Below, one piece after another: positions 62,322 to 64,000 of a stretch of 64,000 bases of DNA. The stretch lies in contig NW_027266264.1 of assembly GCF_022045235.1 (NCBI RefSeq), positions 73,656,001 to 73,720,000 on the forward strand, in the 5' to 3' direction. This stretch comes from Haliotis cracherodii. Taxonomy: Eukaryota. Numbering within the stretch: position 1 is the stretch's first letter; every line of letters starts with the position of its first letter. The notes beneath the pieces are model-generated. The model worked only from the letters and a program-made list of their open reading frames with translations. It did not search any database and was not told where the DNA came from. Position numbers and translations under genes: made by a program.

Positions 62322-64000
62322 TGTCTGCAGTCTTTCTGTAGAACTGAGATATACATGAGACAATCAAAGCTATGTTGTCCTTAGATGTCTGCAGTCTTTC
62401 AGTAGAACTGAGATATACATGAGACAATCAAAGCTATGTTGTCCTTATATATCTGCAGTCTTTCAGCAGAACTGAGATATACATGAGACAATCAAAGATG
62501 TGGTCCATAGATGTCTGCAGTCTTTCAGTAGAACTGAGATATACATGAGACAATCAAAGCTATGTTGTCCTTAGATGTCTGCAGTCTTTCTGTAGAACTG
62601 AGATATACATGAGACAATCAAAGCTATGTTGTCCTTAGATGTCTGCAGTCTTTCTGTAGAACTGAGATATACATGAGACAATCAAAGCTATGTTGTCCTT
62701 AGATGTCTGCAGTCTTTCAGTAGAACTGAGATATACATGAGACAATCAAAGCTATGTTGTCCTTAGATGTCTGCAGTCTTTCTGTAGAACTGAGATATAC
62801 ATGAGACAATCAAAGCTATGTTGTCCCTAGATGTCTGCAGTCTTTCAGTAGAACTGAGATATACATGAGACAATCAAAGCTATGTTGTCCTTAGATGTCT
62901 GCAGTCTTTCAGTAGAACTGAGATATACATGAGACAATCAAAGCTATGTTGTCCTTAGATGTCTGCAGTCTTTCAATAGAACTGAGATATACATGAGACA
63001 ATCAAAGATGTGGTCCATAGATGTCTGCAGTCTTTCAGTAGAACTGAGATATACATGAGACAATCAAAGATGTGGTCCATAGATGTCTGCAGTCTTTCAA
63101 TAGAACTGAGATATACATGAGACAATCAAAGCTATGTTGTCCCTAGATGTCTGCAGTCTTTCAATAGAACTGAGATATACATGAGACAATCAAAGATGTG
63201 GTCCCTAGATGTCTGCAGTCTTTCAGTAGAACTGAGATATACATGAGACAATCAAAGCTATGTTGTCCCTAGATGTCTGCAGTCTTTCTGTAGAACTGAG
63301 ATATACATGAGACAATCAAAGCTATGTTGTCCCTAGATGTCTGCAGTCTTTCAGTAGAACTGAGATATACATGAGACAATCAAAGCTGTGTTGTCCCTAG
63401 ATGTCTGCAGTCTTTCAGTAGAACTGAGATATACATGAGACAATCAAAGCTGTGTTGTCCCTAGATGTCTGCAGTCTTTCAGTAGAACTGAGATATACAT
63501 GAGACAATCAAAGCTATGTTGTCCCTAGATGTCTGCAGTCTTTCAGTAGAACTGAGATATACATAAGACAATTAAAGCTATGTTGTCCCTAGATGTCTGC
63601 AGTCTTTCAGTAGAACTGAGATATACATGAGACAATCAAAGCTATGTTGTCCTTAGATGTCTGCAGTCTTTCTGTAGAACTGAGATATACATGAGACAAT
63701 CAAAGCTATGTTGTCCTTAGATGTCTGCAGTCTTTCAGTAGAACTGAGATATACATGAGACAATCAAAGCTATGTTGTCCTTAGATGTCTGCAGTCTTTC
63801 AGTAGAACTGAGATATACATGAGACAATCAAAGCTATGTTGTCCTTAGATGTCTGCAGTCTTTCTGTAGAACTGAGATATACATGAGACAATCAAAGCTA
63901 TGTTGTCCTTAGATGTCTGCAGTCTTTCAGTAGAACTGAGATATACATGAGACAATCAAAGCTATGTTGTCCTTAGATGTCTGCAGTCTTTCTGTAGAAC
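62320..64000. repeat. Homogeneous 64-bp satellite (61-bp variant), continues past the window end
   Basis: (GATGTCTGCAGTCTTTC[A/T]GTAGAACTGAGATATACATGAGACAATCAAAGCTATGTTGTCC[C/T]TA)n, about 26 units. Confidence 0.97.

Noticed and set aside
62320-64000. Regular array could be taken for CRISPR
   Set aside because: Head-to-tail units with no unique spacers, no cas genes, and a eukaryotic context.

Overview
This is eukaryotic (animal) genomic DNA: AT-rich, intron-rich and repeat-rich. The SINE content suggests a mollusc, probably a gastropod such as abalone; that is inference, not a search result. Six spliced protein-coding genes can be rebuilt by hand with GT-AG introns and consistent phases. 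They are SF3B6/p14 (+); an unknown 303-aa protein with an acidic N-terminal half and 21-22-residue basic helical repeats (+); DNALI1 (-) and EMC2 (+), head-to-head with only 149 bp between the ATGs; a failed-axon-connections/metaxin-like GST-fold gene (+); and a 645-aa secreted Pro/Gln/Gly/Ala/Tyr-rich protein ending in a prokineticin/colipase-type 10-Cys domain (+). The rest holds at least four SINE-like families (several with TSDs and nested insertions), a TTAA-flanked Kolobok-type element, several MITEs, a Tc1 transposase relic, mini- and microsatellites, and two assembly gaps. The most unusual observations are: tandem arrays amplified from 3' splice junctions (EMC2 exon 3; FAX-like intron 3, with a candidate recursive AG|GTATGT site at the junction of two arrays); a duplicated satellite + promoter + ATGAG first-exon module; and the two orphan-like proteins.
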